In this document: piece after piece, positions 20,840 through 30,592 of the stretch | Layout: each line of letters opens with the position of its first letter | Position numbering within the stretch: position 1 is the first letter of the stretch | Assembly: GCA_038841535.1 (NCBI GenBank) | Contig: JAWBTQ010000001.1 | Span: 1 to 64,000, forward strand | From: Sulfolobales archaeon | GTDB taxonomy: Archaea > Thermoproteota > Thermoprotei_A > Sulfolobales > NBVN01 | Length of the DNA: 64,000 nt | Reading direction: 5' to 3' | Program-made: the position numbers and the translations under genes | Notes under the pieces: model-generated | The model's input: only the letters and a program-made list of their open reading frames with translations | Told to the model about the DNA's origin: nothing | Databases searched by the model: none

Positions 20840-23203
20840 TTACTTCTTCTTAACTGCTATAGCGATACCTAGTGCTACTACTGAAAGAGCTACTGCACCG
20901 TAAGACATCGTAGCTGCAGAAACCCCCGTAACAACCTCCATCATTTTAGACACCGCCTCCGAGGATGCTATCGTTACTACTGGAGTAGCTATTTTCACTT
21001 CGGGTGGTGAGAACGAAATAATTGGTGGTGGTGATATCTCTACTGGTGGAATACCCGGAATCTCAATGACGACAGTTGGAGGTCTCTCGATAGTCGGTCC
21101 CACCGGTCCTGGACCCGCTACAGCGCTGACCGTTATTTTTGTTGTGTACTTGCTGTCTACGGACCACTGCATTATTGGCTGCTCCGCGAATAATTCGACG
21201 GTATACGTCCCAGCCCTAAGACCTGGTACAGCGGCCTCGTAGACTCCAGCACCGACGTGAGTAGCTGAGAGAGTTAAAGTCATTGGACCCGCGATCCTTA
21301 CTTCGACAGAAGCGTTAGTAGCTCTACTACCTAAGTAATCTGTTAGGGTAATGCTCAACTTAAACGGCTTACCCTCATCAACAGTGCTCGGGATACTGAC
21401 TTCAGCGAACTTAACAGTTCTATCTGGGTGCCTCCAGTAATACCATGGATTCCAGACGAATTCCGTATAGGCAGGCTCTCTCTTGACTAATACCCAAGGT
21501 CCAGCACCTATCATAGCAGTTAGTCCTGGAACGAACGGGTGTAAGGCTTTGGCAGGATCCATAAGCGGGTCTGGGAGTCTCTCGAATATGTGCTTTGGCA
21601 GTATCCTGAGGTCTTTGTAGTAATACCTATCTGCCCAACCCAGTTCGTCAAAGTACAGCTCTACAGTCGTCTTGTTTATCTTCCTAATCTCTAGAAGCAT
21701 GTCTATATCGGGTCCATAGTATCTCCTCGTCTTTAGTTCCTTACCGAACTTAATGAGTGTGTACTCTATGTCGTCCACAGTCATTTCGACACCGTCTTGC
21801 CATCTAATGCCCTCAAAGAGCTTGATGGTGATTCTTACCGCCTCCCCATCTGAAGCTCCTGGGTACTCTACTTTCTCAGCTTTATAGTACTTAAAGAACA
21901 CTGAAACCTTCATATCCTCGTCGTACATATTCGGTGGATAAGAGTACGACAAGGCCGGGTAAACGCGTGCTATAGCATCTCCTTCGGTGGTCCACCGGTA
22001 GGTTGCTGGGTGGTATGTTCCAACATCAGCTGAGTGGTAATATACGAGAGTACCCCCGAACTTCTTGTCCTTAAACCTAACGGAGCTCCACCAGAACCAC
22101 GAAGTATCTGTTGGGAGATCGGCGGGAGGTGCGTACACGAGTATAATGGTTGACCTATCGAGCTTTCCGTCGAATGCTGATATACCTACTGAAGTATACG
22201 TAGGTATCCATGGTATAACCTCTCTAACGAGTATCTCTTGAGCATCCCAAGCCCACTTAATAGCTTCATCAATAGTGTCGGCAAAGATGTACTTATCCAG
22301 TATTTCGTCTAACCTACTGTTGTTAACTTTGTACTCGTTCCAGCCTCCTGGCCTCAACTCTCTGCTGTGGAAGAAGTAGTAGAGAAATGTTGGGTATCTG
22401 GCGAAGCTCCATCCTGATACCCACGACGGGACGGTTCCAGCTGCTCTAGCAGCATCCAGCTCGATAGTGCTAACAGGTTTAACTCTTACCCTCAAGCCTA
22501 CCTTTTCTGCTTCCGACTTAATGTACTGGGCTATCCACCAGTACGTCGGTGAAGTGGCTTCAGGAAGTACCCATATCTCCCACTCAACTACTCTGTTACC
22601 CTCGCGTGGGTCGCACCAAGCGGGTTTGCCGTCAGGTGCCGTACACGGGACAAACACCTTTGCTAGTAGCTCCTTCGCTTTCTCGGGGTCGTATGGATAC
22701 AGCTTCTCGAAGTCTGCGTTCGGGTTCATAAAGCGCCCGTGCGTTGGGGGAACGAGGGTTGTGCACTTAATCGCTATCCCCCTTAGTGGGGACTCAGAAA
22801 TCATTCTGTTTCTGTCCCACAAGTGCGCGAGAGCCTGCCTCAGTTCAAGGTACTTTACTGGCCAGAGTTGGGTGTTAAACCTTAGATGTCCACTAGACGT
22901 CGTTCCGGCAGTGAAAATTATGTGAGCATCCGGTCTATTTCGCCTAACTCTATCTAAGTCAGCAGCAGTAACACCAGTAATAGAAATCTCTCCTGCTTCG
23001 AATGCTAGCAACCTCATAGTATAGTCCTTCATCAAGGGCATCGCCAGCTTGTCTACGTGTGGACCATACCTAAACCAGTAATCCCCTAGGTGAGCCTCGT
23101 CGGGCGGTGGGGGTGGGAGGCCTGTAGCACTTGCTGACTGCATTAAGCCTAAAACTATAGCTACTGCCAGTAGAAATGTAACTATCTTAATAGGGGCTTT
23201 CAG
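20840..23203 (-). CDS. Peptide ABC transporter substrate-binding protein (family 5) with Pro-rich linker and C-terminal membrane anchor
   Basis: WQDGVEMTVDDIEYT and IGAGPW SBP5 motifs. Extending the frame to CTG 23203 (after GGGGTGA) adds a signal peptide, KAPIKIVTFLLAVAIVLGLMQSASA. Confidence 0.88.
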   Translation of the reverse strand: MKAPIKIVTFLLAVAIVLGLMQSASATGLPPPPPDEAHLGDYWFRYGPHVDKLAMPLMKDYTMRLLAFEAGEISITGVTAADLDRVRRNRPDAHIIFTAGTTSSGHLRFNTQLWPVKYLELRQALAHLWDRNRMISESPLRGIAIKCTTLVPPTHGRFMNPNADFEKLYPYDPEKAKELLAKVFVPCTAPDGKPAWCDPREGNRVVEWEIWVLPEATSPTYWWIAQYIKSEAEKVGLRVRVKPVSTIELDAARAAGTVPSWVSGWSFARYPTFLYYFFHSRELRPGGWNEYKVNNSRLDEILDKYIFADTIDEAIKWAWDAQEILVREVIPWIPTYTSVGISAFDGKLDRSTIILVYAPPADLPTDTSWFWWSSVRFKDKKFGGTLVYYHSADVGTYHPATYRWTTEGDAIARVYPALSYSYPPNMYDEDMKVSVFFKYYKAEKVEYPGASDGEAVRITIKLFEGIRWQDGVEMTVDDIEYTLIKFGKELKTRRYYGPDIDMLLEIRKINKTTVELYFDELGWADRYYYKDLRILPKHIFERLPDPLMDPAKALHPFVPGLTAMIGAGPWVLVKREPAYTEFVWNPWYYWRHPDRTVKFAEVSIPSTVDEGKPFKLSITLTDYLGSRATNASVEVRIAGPMTLTLSATHVGAGVYEAAVPGLRAGTYTVELFAEQPIMQWSVDSKYTTKITVSAVAGPGPVGPTIERPPTVVIEIPGIPPVEISPPPIISFSPPEVKIATPVVTIASSEAVSKMMEVVTGVSAATMSYGAVALSVVALGIAIAVKKK

Positions 23204-23413
23204 CGTATCACCCCAATAGAGTTGAATTTAAGCTTTTTAAACGTTAAAGTTGTAATCGAAATACACGAGCTTTCCTAGGAACCAATAGCGCGAGTCGGTG
23301 CTTAAGGTCTAGAGGTAATTAAGGCTTCCTTCGTACAGCTAGGTCGAAAGTTAACTAGCTTGTGACGTAGCAGTTTAGGATACGAGCTTATTTTTCTCGG
23401 GGGATACAACTAC

Positions 23414-23740
23414 TTGATGACTAAGAGGAAGAGGCTGGTATTCAAGGAGGCGTATGGTGACAGTATCACTCTAGGAGTTAAGGTAGCTACGGTTAGACTA
23501 AATAGTAGTTTGAGAGTAGGTGAGGTTGTAGAGGTCTTTGCTGGCAGGAGCTACTTGGGTAGTGCGGTAATAACTGGGGTAGAAGTGAAGAAGGCCTCCC
23601 AGCTTACAGACGACGATGCTAGGCTCGACGGTTTTAGAAGTAGGGATGAGTTAGTTAGAGAACTGAAGAACATCTATGGAAGAAAGTTCACTGACTCTAC
23701 TGAGGTTAAAGTAATTAAGTTTAAATTACTTAGGAGGTAA
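23414..23740 (+). CDS. ASCH domain protein
   Basis: GVKVATVR...LTDDDARLDGF...LKNIY motif. Confidence 0.85.
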   Translation: MMTKRKRLVFKEAYGDSITLGVKVATVRLNSSLRVGEVVEVFAGRSYLGSAVITGVEVKKASQLTDDDARLDGFRSRDELVRELKNIYGRKFTDSTEVKVIKFKLLRR

Positions 23741-23745
23741 GGCTA

Positions 23746-24303
23746 TTGGTTAGAGCCATAGTTTGCGTTACAGGGATGCCCGGATCTGGAAAGACTCTAG
23801 TAGCTAGATTCCTCTCGAATAGCTTAGGTGCTTACATAAACATGGGGGACATAGTTAGGTCTAGGGCAGCTGAGCTAGGCATTGAGCCAACATCAGATAA
23901 CCTGATGAAGCTCGCAGTAGAGCTCAGGAAGTCTCTCGGGATGGATGCCGTCGCTAGGGAAGCCGTGAAGAGCTTTCCGACTTCAAGCGATGTTGTAGTC
24001 ATAGACGGTGTTAGGAGTCTTGATGAAGTAAGGTTCTTCTCTAGCATTGCTTCCACTATTGTAGTCGCTGTCCACGCTTCACCTAAGACAAGGTATGAGA
24101 GGTTAAGAAGAAGAAGTAGAGAGGACGACCCCAAAGAGTTCAGTAAGTTTTTGGAGAGAGATTCTAAAGAGCTTGATCTGGGTCTAGGGTCCGTTATAGC
24201 TCTCGCAGACGTCATGGTAGTCAACGAGAATAGAGATGCTCGCGAAGTCTGTTTAGAGGCTCTTAGAAGAGTTCGAGAGGTTTTGGGGAGTGTTCATACT
24301 TAG
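23746..24303 (+). CDS. P-loop nucleotide kinase (UPF0200, dephospho-CoA-kinase-like)
   Basis: GMPGSGKT, MGDIVR, IDGVRSLDE, RDSKELDLG. Confidence 0.85.
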   Translation: MVRAIVCVTGMPGSGKTLVARFLSNSLGAYINMGDIVRSRAAELGIEPTSDNLMKLAVELRKSLGMDAVAREAVKSFPTSSDVVVIDGVRSLDEVRFFSSIASTIVVAVHASPKTRYERLRRRSREDDPKEFSKFLERDSKELDLGLGSVIALADVMVVNENRDAREVCLEALRRVREVLGSVHT

Positions 24304-24724
24304 AGTAGAAACTGAAGTAAGGCCTACGGAGAGCTTAGATAAAGTCTCCAAGGCCATCAAGAACGTGCTTGACGTCGAGCTCGTAGAAGTAGAGCTCTCC
24401 GAGGGCTACAGGCTCTTAGTTGGTGAGTCAAACAGTCTTGAGTCTCTTAGAAAGCTCCACCAAGCCCTTAGGCAGCATAGGATACTGGACTCAGCCAGAG
24501 CCTATATGCTTAAGAACCGCAAGGGTAACAGCCTCGAGCTCAAGCTACATAAGCAAGCAGCTTTCGCAGGTCGTATATCCCTAGTGACGTATGATGAAGA
24601 GTCTCCTCTAGGTCCTATACGCGTTCTAGTGGTCTCTGATAAAATAGATGAGCTAGTTGACTGGCTAGCTCCCCCCACTACTCAGGGAAGACCTATATGG
24701 GAGAAGCCTCCCCCTAAGGTATAG
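24290..24724 (+). CDS. UPF0201 RNA-binding protein
   Basis: VRPTESLDKV, ILDSAR, LHKQAA, ESPLGPI. Confidence 0.88.
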   Translation: MFILRVETEVRPTESLDKVSKAIKNVLDVELVEVELSEGYRLLVGESNSLESLRKLHQALRQHRILDSARAYMLKNRKGNSLELKLHKQAAFAGRISLVTYDEESPLGPIRVLVVSDKIDELVDWLAPPTTQGRPIWEKPPPKV

Positions 24725-24809
24725 ATAGGCCTCGACCACTCGATCCTAGAGTAGGCGTTGTTTACTGAGAGTATAAAAGTATTATCTTAACTTTGCATAC
24801 TTGGTGTAA

Positions 24810-24941
24810 GTGCTGAGTAAGTTCATGAAGTGCGAAGAACAGTGCAGGTCGGCGTGTTCTGGCACTGGTGACAGCTTCTTCGACTGTGTTAACGAGTGTG
24901 TAAAGATCTGCCTAGCTAACATCGCAGGAGAGTTTTCTTAG
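24810..24941 (+). CDS. 43-aa six-cysteine peptide (CX3CX3C-X9-CX3CX3C)
   Basis: GTG..TAG ORF MLSKFMKCEEQCRSACSGTGDSFFDCVNECVKICLANIAGEFS; AT-rich promoter-like sequence at 24771-24788; below the ORF-track cutoff. Confidence 0.75.
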   Translation: MLSKFMKCEEQCRSACSGTGDSFFDCVNECVKICLANIAGEFS

Positions 24942-25850
24942 CAACTCCTGACCGATTGGAAGTAAGTCAGCCGCTGGGAAGTTATAGGGTTCTTCCCTGG
25001 GGGACTCAGTATAGTAGGGCCTATTGCACTCTGGGCATCCACTAGTTAATAGAGCCTTAGAAATCTCGCCCAGGCCTCTCAGCTTATCCACATAAACACA
25101 CACTCTGTTGAGGTCTACGAGTTCCTCGACTGGTAGGCCGTTAGAGATCATGTAGTTGATTACTTGAACCATTCTATAGTATCTTAAGGAGGGTCTAGAC
25201 CAACTCTCGGCTGGAGTACCTTTCACGGGCGTAAACGCAAAGAGGGACACTCTACCACCCATGCTATAGACTTGCTTGATGGTTTCTAGAGCATCCATGA
25301 GAGTCTCACCGATTCCTATAATTAAGTGCACCACTACCTTACCTCGACCAAAAACACTGATAGCTCTATCAATGAAGTCCAAATAGACACTGTAAGGGTA
25401 GGGCTTGTTTACTTTAGTAGCTACACTCGGAGTTGCCGCATCGAGACCTATACCTAAGTAATCGACTCCTTCTCGTTTAAAGAGCTTTAAGTCCTCATCA
25501 GGCATAGGTGAAGTAGAGAGGGACACTTTGAGACCATACTGAGAGAGGGTTTTTACTACCTCATGGAGCTCCTCTACGAAGTTCGGCTTAATGATGGACT
25601 GCACGCAGGCTCTTCTAAAGACTCTAGCTATTTTTGGTGCTATATCCTCTAAACTCATCGCAGGCCAAACCACTCTCGAGAGAAATTCCTTGCTTGCTAC
25701 TGACCGAGAGGATTGAGCACAAAATAAGCACCCACCAGAACAGCCACCGTCACTGTACTGAAGAAGGTAGGCAACCCCAGGTCTAACTAACGTCTTAGCA
25801 TCTAATTCACCAGCAGCTATCAGAGTCCCTATAGACGCTCTAATCAGCAC
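24912..25850 (-). CDS. Radical SAM protein, archaeal lipoyl synthase LipS2-type
   Basis: CSGGCLFC radical SAM motif and C-terminal TSGCPECNRP, matching the TXGCPXC(N/D)RP LipS2 motif. Confidence 0.82.
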   Translation of the reverse strand: MLIRASIGTLIAAGELDAKTLVRPGVAYLLQYSDGGCSGGCLFCAQSSRSVASKEFLSRVVWPAMSLEDIAPKIARVFRRACVQSIIKPNFVEELHEVVKTLSQYGLKVSLSTSPMPDEDLKLFKREGVDYLGIGLDAATPSVATKVNKPYPYSVYLDFIDRAISVFGRGKVVVHLIIGIGETLMDALETIKQVYSMGGRVSLFAFTPVKGTPAESWSRPSLRYYRMVQVINYMISNGLPVEELVDLNRVCVYVDKLRGLGEISKALLTSGCPECNRPYYTESPREEPYNFPAADLLPIGQELLRKLSCDVS

Positions 25851-25998
25851 CTAGCCTCCCACGTTAAGTTGATAAAAACTTTATCTAATTTTACCTAGAT
25901 TTACTGCTTACTCGCGATAGCGTTTTTCTCTGAATTAGGAGTTTTTTAGTAATCAATATGCTTATTTTGTTGAGCATGTAATTGAGGAGGTGTTCTAA

Positions 25999-28545
25999 GT
26001 GGTGCGGGTTACACCCCCGGAGGAATTCTTTGGGTTTAAGATAGGGGATGACAGAAAGCTAGCTCGCTGGGATAAGATCGTAGAGTACTTCAAGCTCGTT
26101 GCGTCTGAGTCGAGTAGGGTTAAAGTAGAAGAAATCGGTAAGACGACTGAAGGCAACTCCTTTATAGTGGCTTACGTATCGTCTCCAGAGAACCTGGCTA
26201 GGCTTGAAGAGCTACGCAGAATATCGTGTGCTCTCGCAAATCCGGACTCACTACCGAGCTCTGATGAAGTCGAGAATCTCGTCGAATCGGGGAGGGCAGT
26301 TGTCGTAGTAACCAACAGCATGCATTCGACGGAGGTTGGAGGTACTCAGATGTCTATTGAGCTACTCTACAAGTTGGCTTCTTCGGATGACTCAGAGGTA
26401 CTAGAGATCTTGAGGGAGGTCGTCATAATACTGATACCGTCTCAAAACCCGGACGGTCAGATAGCTGTAGTAGATTGGTACGCCAAGACTCTTGGGACAG
26501 AGTATGAGGGCACCAGCCTTCCCTGGCTCTATCACAAGTACTGCGGTCACGACAATAACAGAGACGCATATGCGCTAAACCTACTTGAGAGCCAGTACAT
26601 GGCTAAAATAGTGTACAGAGAGTGGTGTCCGCAGGTCTACTTAGACCACCACCAAATGGGTCCCTACGGTGCTAGATTCTTCCTCTCACCTGAGATGGAC
26701 CCGATCTACCCGGAGGTAGACCCGCTAGTTTGGAGGGAGACTCAGTTCCTAGGGATGCTCGCAGCCATGAGGCTCGAGAGGGAGGGAGTTAGCGGTGTCG
26801 AGACTGGCGCACCTTTCACGCCCGACTTCATATCTGCGTTCCAGACTCTAGCGTATACTATGAACATTGTCGGTATACTCACCGAGTCTGCTTCAGCAAA
26901 GATCGCAACTCCGATCTTCGTAGATCCGCACCAGCTGAGGGGCTACGGAAGGGGTAGAATGTCAGATAAGCCCTACATGAACTACCCTAATCCGTGGAGG
27001 GGAGGCTGGTGGAGGCTGTCAGACATAGTCAGACAACAGCTTATCGCCTCTATGGCCATACTTTCTGCTGTAGCTAAGTATAGGCGCGAGTTCTTGAGGA
27101 ACATGTACGTTAAAGCTAAGAGAAGCGTCGAGAGAGGTACGGCGGAACCTCCCCACGCGTTCCTCATTCCGAGAGAACAGCACGATTACCTCACTGCGCT
27201 CAAGTTTATTGATATACTACTGAAACTTGGCGTGAAAGTTTATGAATCATCCAGCCCTATTAAAGTGGGGGCAGTAACCTATCCGGTGGGGACTTACGTT
27301 ATTCCGCTGGCTCAACCCAGGAGAGCCCTAGTTAGGAAGCTTGTTGATAAGTTCCTCTACCCTGACGATGAGACAACGCGTGATCGAGAGGGTAAGCCCC
27401 TCAAGCCGTACGATACAGCTACAGACACTCTAGTCGAGTTCATGGGTGTGTCGGCTGTGAGAGTGGATGAACCCGTCTTTGCTGACTTAAAGCCAGTTAG
27501 AGAAGTAGCTAGAACAGCACCGAGTCTAGGAGAGTACAGGTACTACCTACTCGACCCAAGGCTTAACGACTCGTACTACGCCGTAAATAGAGTTCTGAGT
27601 AGTGGTGGAGAGGTGTATAGGGCCTTCGAGGCTATTGAGCTAGGTAGCCTACGCTTACCTCCTGGGGCTTTCGTAGTGTTTACGGGCGGTGCCGCTAATG
27701 TACTTCTTGAAGCTGCTAGCGCGAGGGGAGTGCCTGTATATGGGCTCGACGACCTACCTCAGGTTAGGTTACTTAGAGTAAAGATCGGAAGAATAGGTGT
27801 TTACGAGAGATACTACGGAGGTAACATGGAGGGAGGCTGGGTTAAGTACGTCTTAGACACGTACGGCTTTCCGTACGTCGAGCTAAGAGACGAGCCTATA
27901 AAGTCTGGAAAGCTACAGGAAGTGGTTGACGTAGTCGTATTTCCATCAGACCCCCTACCATTCCTAACTGGTGAGAACATCGAGGAAGAGCTAGCGAAGA
28001 GGTGGGGTAGACCTGTTAAACTCCCACCTTATCCACTAGAATACAAGAGCGGATTCGGAAAGGAGGGTGTAGAGAAGCTAAAAAGCTTCGTGGAGAGCGG
28101 TGGTATAGTCGTGACTATGGGGGACTCGGTAGAGCTACTCACTAAAGGCTTCAACCTCCCACTGAGAGACGTGAGCGAGGACATAAAGGACCCGAGACAG
28201 TTCTTCTGTCCCGGCTCTACACTCAAGGTGCAAGTCGACATAGCACACCCACTGGGCTTTGGAATGCCTAGGCAGGCTCTAGTGGTGTTCGTAGACAGAC
28301 CGGTTCTCGAGATAGTGCCGTCACACATGAACGAGAAGTTCAAGGTTGTAGCGAGGTATCCCGAGAGAGATGTACTGCAGAGCGGGTGGCTAATAGGGGA
28401 AAACGTATTGAGCAGAAAGCCAGCCCTACTAGAAGCAGAGGTAGGGAAAGGAAAAGCAGTAGCCTACTCGTACAGGCCTATCTTCAGAGCACAAACACAC
28501 GGAACATTTAAAACATTCTTCAACTCTCTCTACATCTACTACTAA
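25999..28545 (+). CDS. M14 family zinc carboxypeptidase with C-terminal GATase-like domain
   Basis: HSTE, NPDG, DNNRD and DHHQ zinc motifs. Confidence 0.9.
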   Translation: MVRVTPPEEFFGFKIGDDRKLARWDKIVEYFKLVASESSRVKVEEIGKTTEGNSFIVAYVSSPENLARLEELRRISCALANPDSLPSSDEVENLVESGRAVVVVTNSMHSTEVGGTQMSIELLYKLASSDDSEVLEILREVVIILIPSQNPDGQIAVVDWYAKTLGTEYEGTSLPWLYHKYCGHDNNRDAYALNLLESQYMAKIVYREWCPQVYLDHHQMGPYGARFFLSPEMDPIYPEVDPLVWRETQFLGMLAAMRLEREGVSGVETGAPFTPDFISAFQTLAYTMNIVGILTESASAKIATPIFVDPHQLRGYGRGRMSDKPYMNYPNPWRGGWWRLSDIVRQQLIASMAILSAVAKYRREFLRNMYVKAKRSVERGTAEPPHAFLIPREQHDYLTALKFIDILLKLGVKVYESSSPIKVGAVTYPVGTYVIPLAQPRRALVRKLVDKFLYPDDETTRDREGKPLKPYDTATDTLVEFMGVSAVRVDEPVFADLKPVREVARTAPSLGEYRYYLLDPRLNDSYYAVNRVLSSGGEVYRAFEAIELGSLRLPPGAFVVFTGGAANVLLEAASARGVPVYGLDDLPQVRLLRVKIGRIGVYERYYGGNMEGGWVKYVLDTYGFPYVELRDEPIKSGKLQEVVDVVVFPSDPLPFLTGENIEEELAKRWGRPVKLPPYPLEYKSGFGKEGVEKLKSFVESGGIVVTMGDSVELLTKGFNLPLRDVSEDIKDPRQFFCPGSTLKVQVDIAHPLGFGMPRQALVVFVDRPVLEIVPSHMNEKFKVVARYPERDVLQSGWLIGENVLSRKPALLEAEVGKGKAVAYSYRPIFRAQTHGTFKTFFNSLYIYY

Positions 28546-28622
28546 TGAGTTAACCGAACGCAAAATTAAAGGAGAGTAAAACAGATACTAAGCCACGAGC
28601 TCAACCAGGATAGAATGCCAGC

Positions 28623-29846
28623 TTAGGTGCTAATGAATTTCTTAACTATCATACTGAATTCTTCTCTTGTGACTAGACCTTTTTTTAGCGTAGAGTAGAA
28701 CTTTGTTTCTAGTAAGATCTTTACTAAGTCCTCTACACTCATCCTGCTTGGGTCGACCCCGATCTCCTTTAGAACCTCGACTACGTTGGACTTACCCGAC
28801 TTCTTCCCTAGTACTATCTCTATTCCTCCCTTTCTACCTACGAGTTCGGGTAGTATTGGGAATACCTCAGTTGGTCTTACTTCTCTAGCTTGAATCCACC
28901 AGTCAGCGATCATTCCGGATTCGACCTTGAAGGGAGACTCCCCAACTACGGGTTTATGGGGGGGTAGCTTAATGCTTGAGAATTGCTCGACTAGCTTAGA
29001 TAGTTCGTACAGCTTACCGAGTTTCACGTTAGTTCTTACTCCCAGTAGTAGCTCTAATGCTAGTACAGTCTCCTCGAGGGCAGCATTACCAGCTCTCTCA
29101 CCGATACCGTTGACGGTTACGTGAACGGCTGACGCACCTGAGGCTACAGCAGCTAGTGCATTAGCTACAGCTAGACCGAAGTCGTTGTGTGGGTGGACTT
29201 CTATAGGCTTCTTCGTGAGGGACTTCACCTGCTTAGTCAAGTACTCCATAGCGAACGGGCTGGCTACTCCGAAGGTATCCGCGATAGTGAGAGAATCCAT
29301 GAAGTCCTGCACCGAGTCTATCACCTTCTTTAGGAACCCGTAGTCAGCTCTCGTCGAGTCTATTGCGAGGAGAGTAACGAAGAGTCCGTGTTTCTTGGCG
29401 TACTCAGCTGCCTCAATAACCATTCTGATAGCTTTGTCCTCCGGAATACTGTATCCATACTCTATGATGTGCTTACTAGAAGGAAGCTCCATCACGACCC
29501 CAGGTGCTTCAGCCTTAATCACTAGGTCTACGTCTTGCTTTAAACACCTTGAGAAAGCCATTACTCTCGCTCTGAGTCCCAGCTTAGCGATCTCCTTAAT
29601 GGCCTCGAAATCGTCTTGCGAAACCATGGGCATTCCAGCCTCGATCCTGTCCACACCTGCCTCGTCGAGAGCTACGGCTATCTTGACTTTCTCATCTCTT
29701 CTAAACACTACACCCGCCTGCTGCTCGCCGTCTCGCAGCGTGGTATCGTGTATAACCACTTTTTCGGGTAGCTCGAATCTCCTCCTAACCTCTTCATCGA
29801 AGTTAAGTGGGCTAACAAACCAGAACTTAGAGGACCACCTATACAA
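28623..29846 (-). CDS. Homocitrate/isopropylmalate synthase family (DRE-TIM), no regulatory domain
   Basis: DTTLRDGEQ, HPHNDFGLA, NGIGERAGNA, LGKKSG. Confidence 0.88.
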   Translation of the reverse strand: MYRWSSKFWFVSPLNFDEEVRRRFELPEKVVIHDTTLRDGEQQAGVVFRRDEKVKIAVALDEAGVDRIEAGMPMVSQDDFEAIKEIAKLGLRARVMAFSRCLKQDVDLVIKAEAPGVVMELPSSKHIIEYGYSIPEDKAIRMVIEAAEYAKKHGLFVTLLAIDSTRADYGFLKKVIDSVQDFMDSLTIADTFGVASPFAMEYLTKQVKSLTKKPIEVHPHNDFGLAVANALAAVASGASAVHVTVNGIGERAGNAALEETVLALELLLGVRTNVKLGKLYELSKLVEQFSSIKLPPHKPVVGESPFKVESGMIADWWIQAREVRPTEVFPILPELVGRKGGIEIVLGKKSGKSNVVEVLKEIGVDPSRMSVEDLVKILLETKFYSTLKKGLVTREEFSMIVKKFIST

Positions 29847-30123
29847 AACACTCCACCAAAACTATAATTGTAGAAAAGGCATAAGTATACACGTTAAAGC
29901 CACTAATTGAGTCGCAACACATGTCTGTATTCACGTACCATCGAAGTCTGTCTCAGTGTTATACCACTAAATTAACCTTCTAGTAGCTATGGTCTATTAA
30001 GGAGCTAATTTAGTCCCTCTTACAAGTTTGAGGATATAGATGAGACCGCTGAAATCTTCGGCATCTATCAACACATTAGATCGCCTCAAGATACCTTTTC
30101 TATGTAATATTGTGTAATATATG

Positions 30124-30391
30124 CCTAAAGCAACTGTTTCGGGTTTCACATCTCTTCATATTTGTTTATGTGGATGGAAACTCTTAAGTACTCTATGTGT
30201 AGTAGTGTGTGGGGATAGTTCGATGAGGGGTTGAGAGCTCCCTAGGGGCTCTCCCCGAGATACTCAAGATGTGGGGTGCCAGGGGTTTCCCCGAACGCCC
30301 CTAAGGGTGGTGCAGACCCAAGACTGATGCAGGGGAAAAGAGATGAGGCAATGAAACCAACAAATACAAACCTATATCAGAGCTGAACCCC
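30124..30391 (+). mobile_element. Miniature IS607/tnpB-derived element, copy 2, family A
   Basis: Inverted near-identical copy of 46-313, with the same ends, promoter and hairpins. Confidence 0.8.
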
Positions 30392-30592
30392 TCTCATCGA
30401 TCCCAGCTCGCACTCTCCTATCGGAGTAATCTATATAAGTAGGGAACCTACTGTAATGGAAATGAGGTTTAAGAAAGTCTTGGTTATGGATATGTGGAGA
30501 CACCCATCATTAATGATAGAAAAAGTTAGAGATCTGTCTTGGGAGTCGAGAAAGCTTTTATGCGTACGTGGAATTACAGGCTGGCGTAGACG

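Noticed and set aside
24810-25850. Ranthipeptide (SCIFF) cluster from the six-Cys peptide plus radical SAM
   Set aside because: The genes are convergent and the enzyme has the LipS2 motif with no SPASM or RRE domain.
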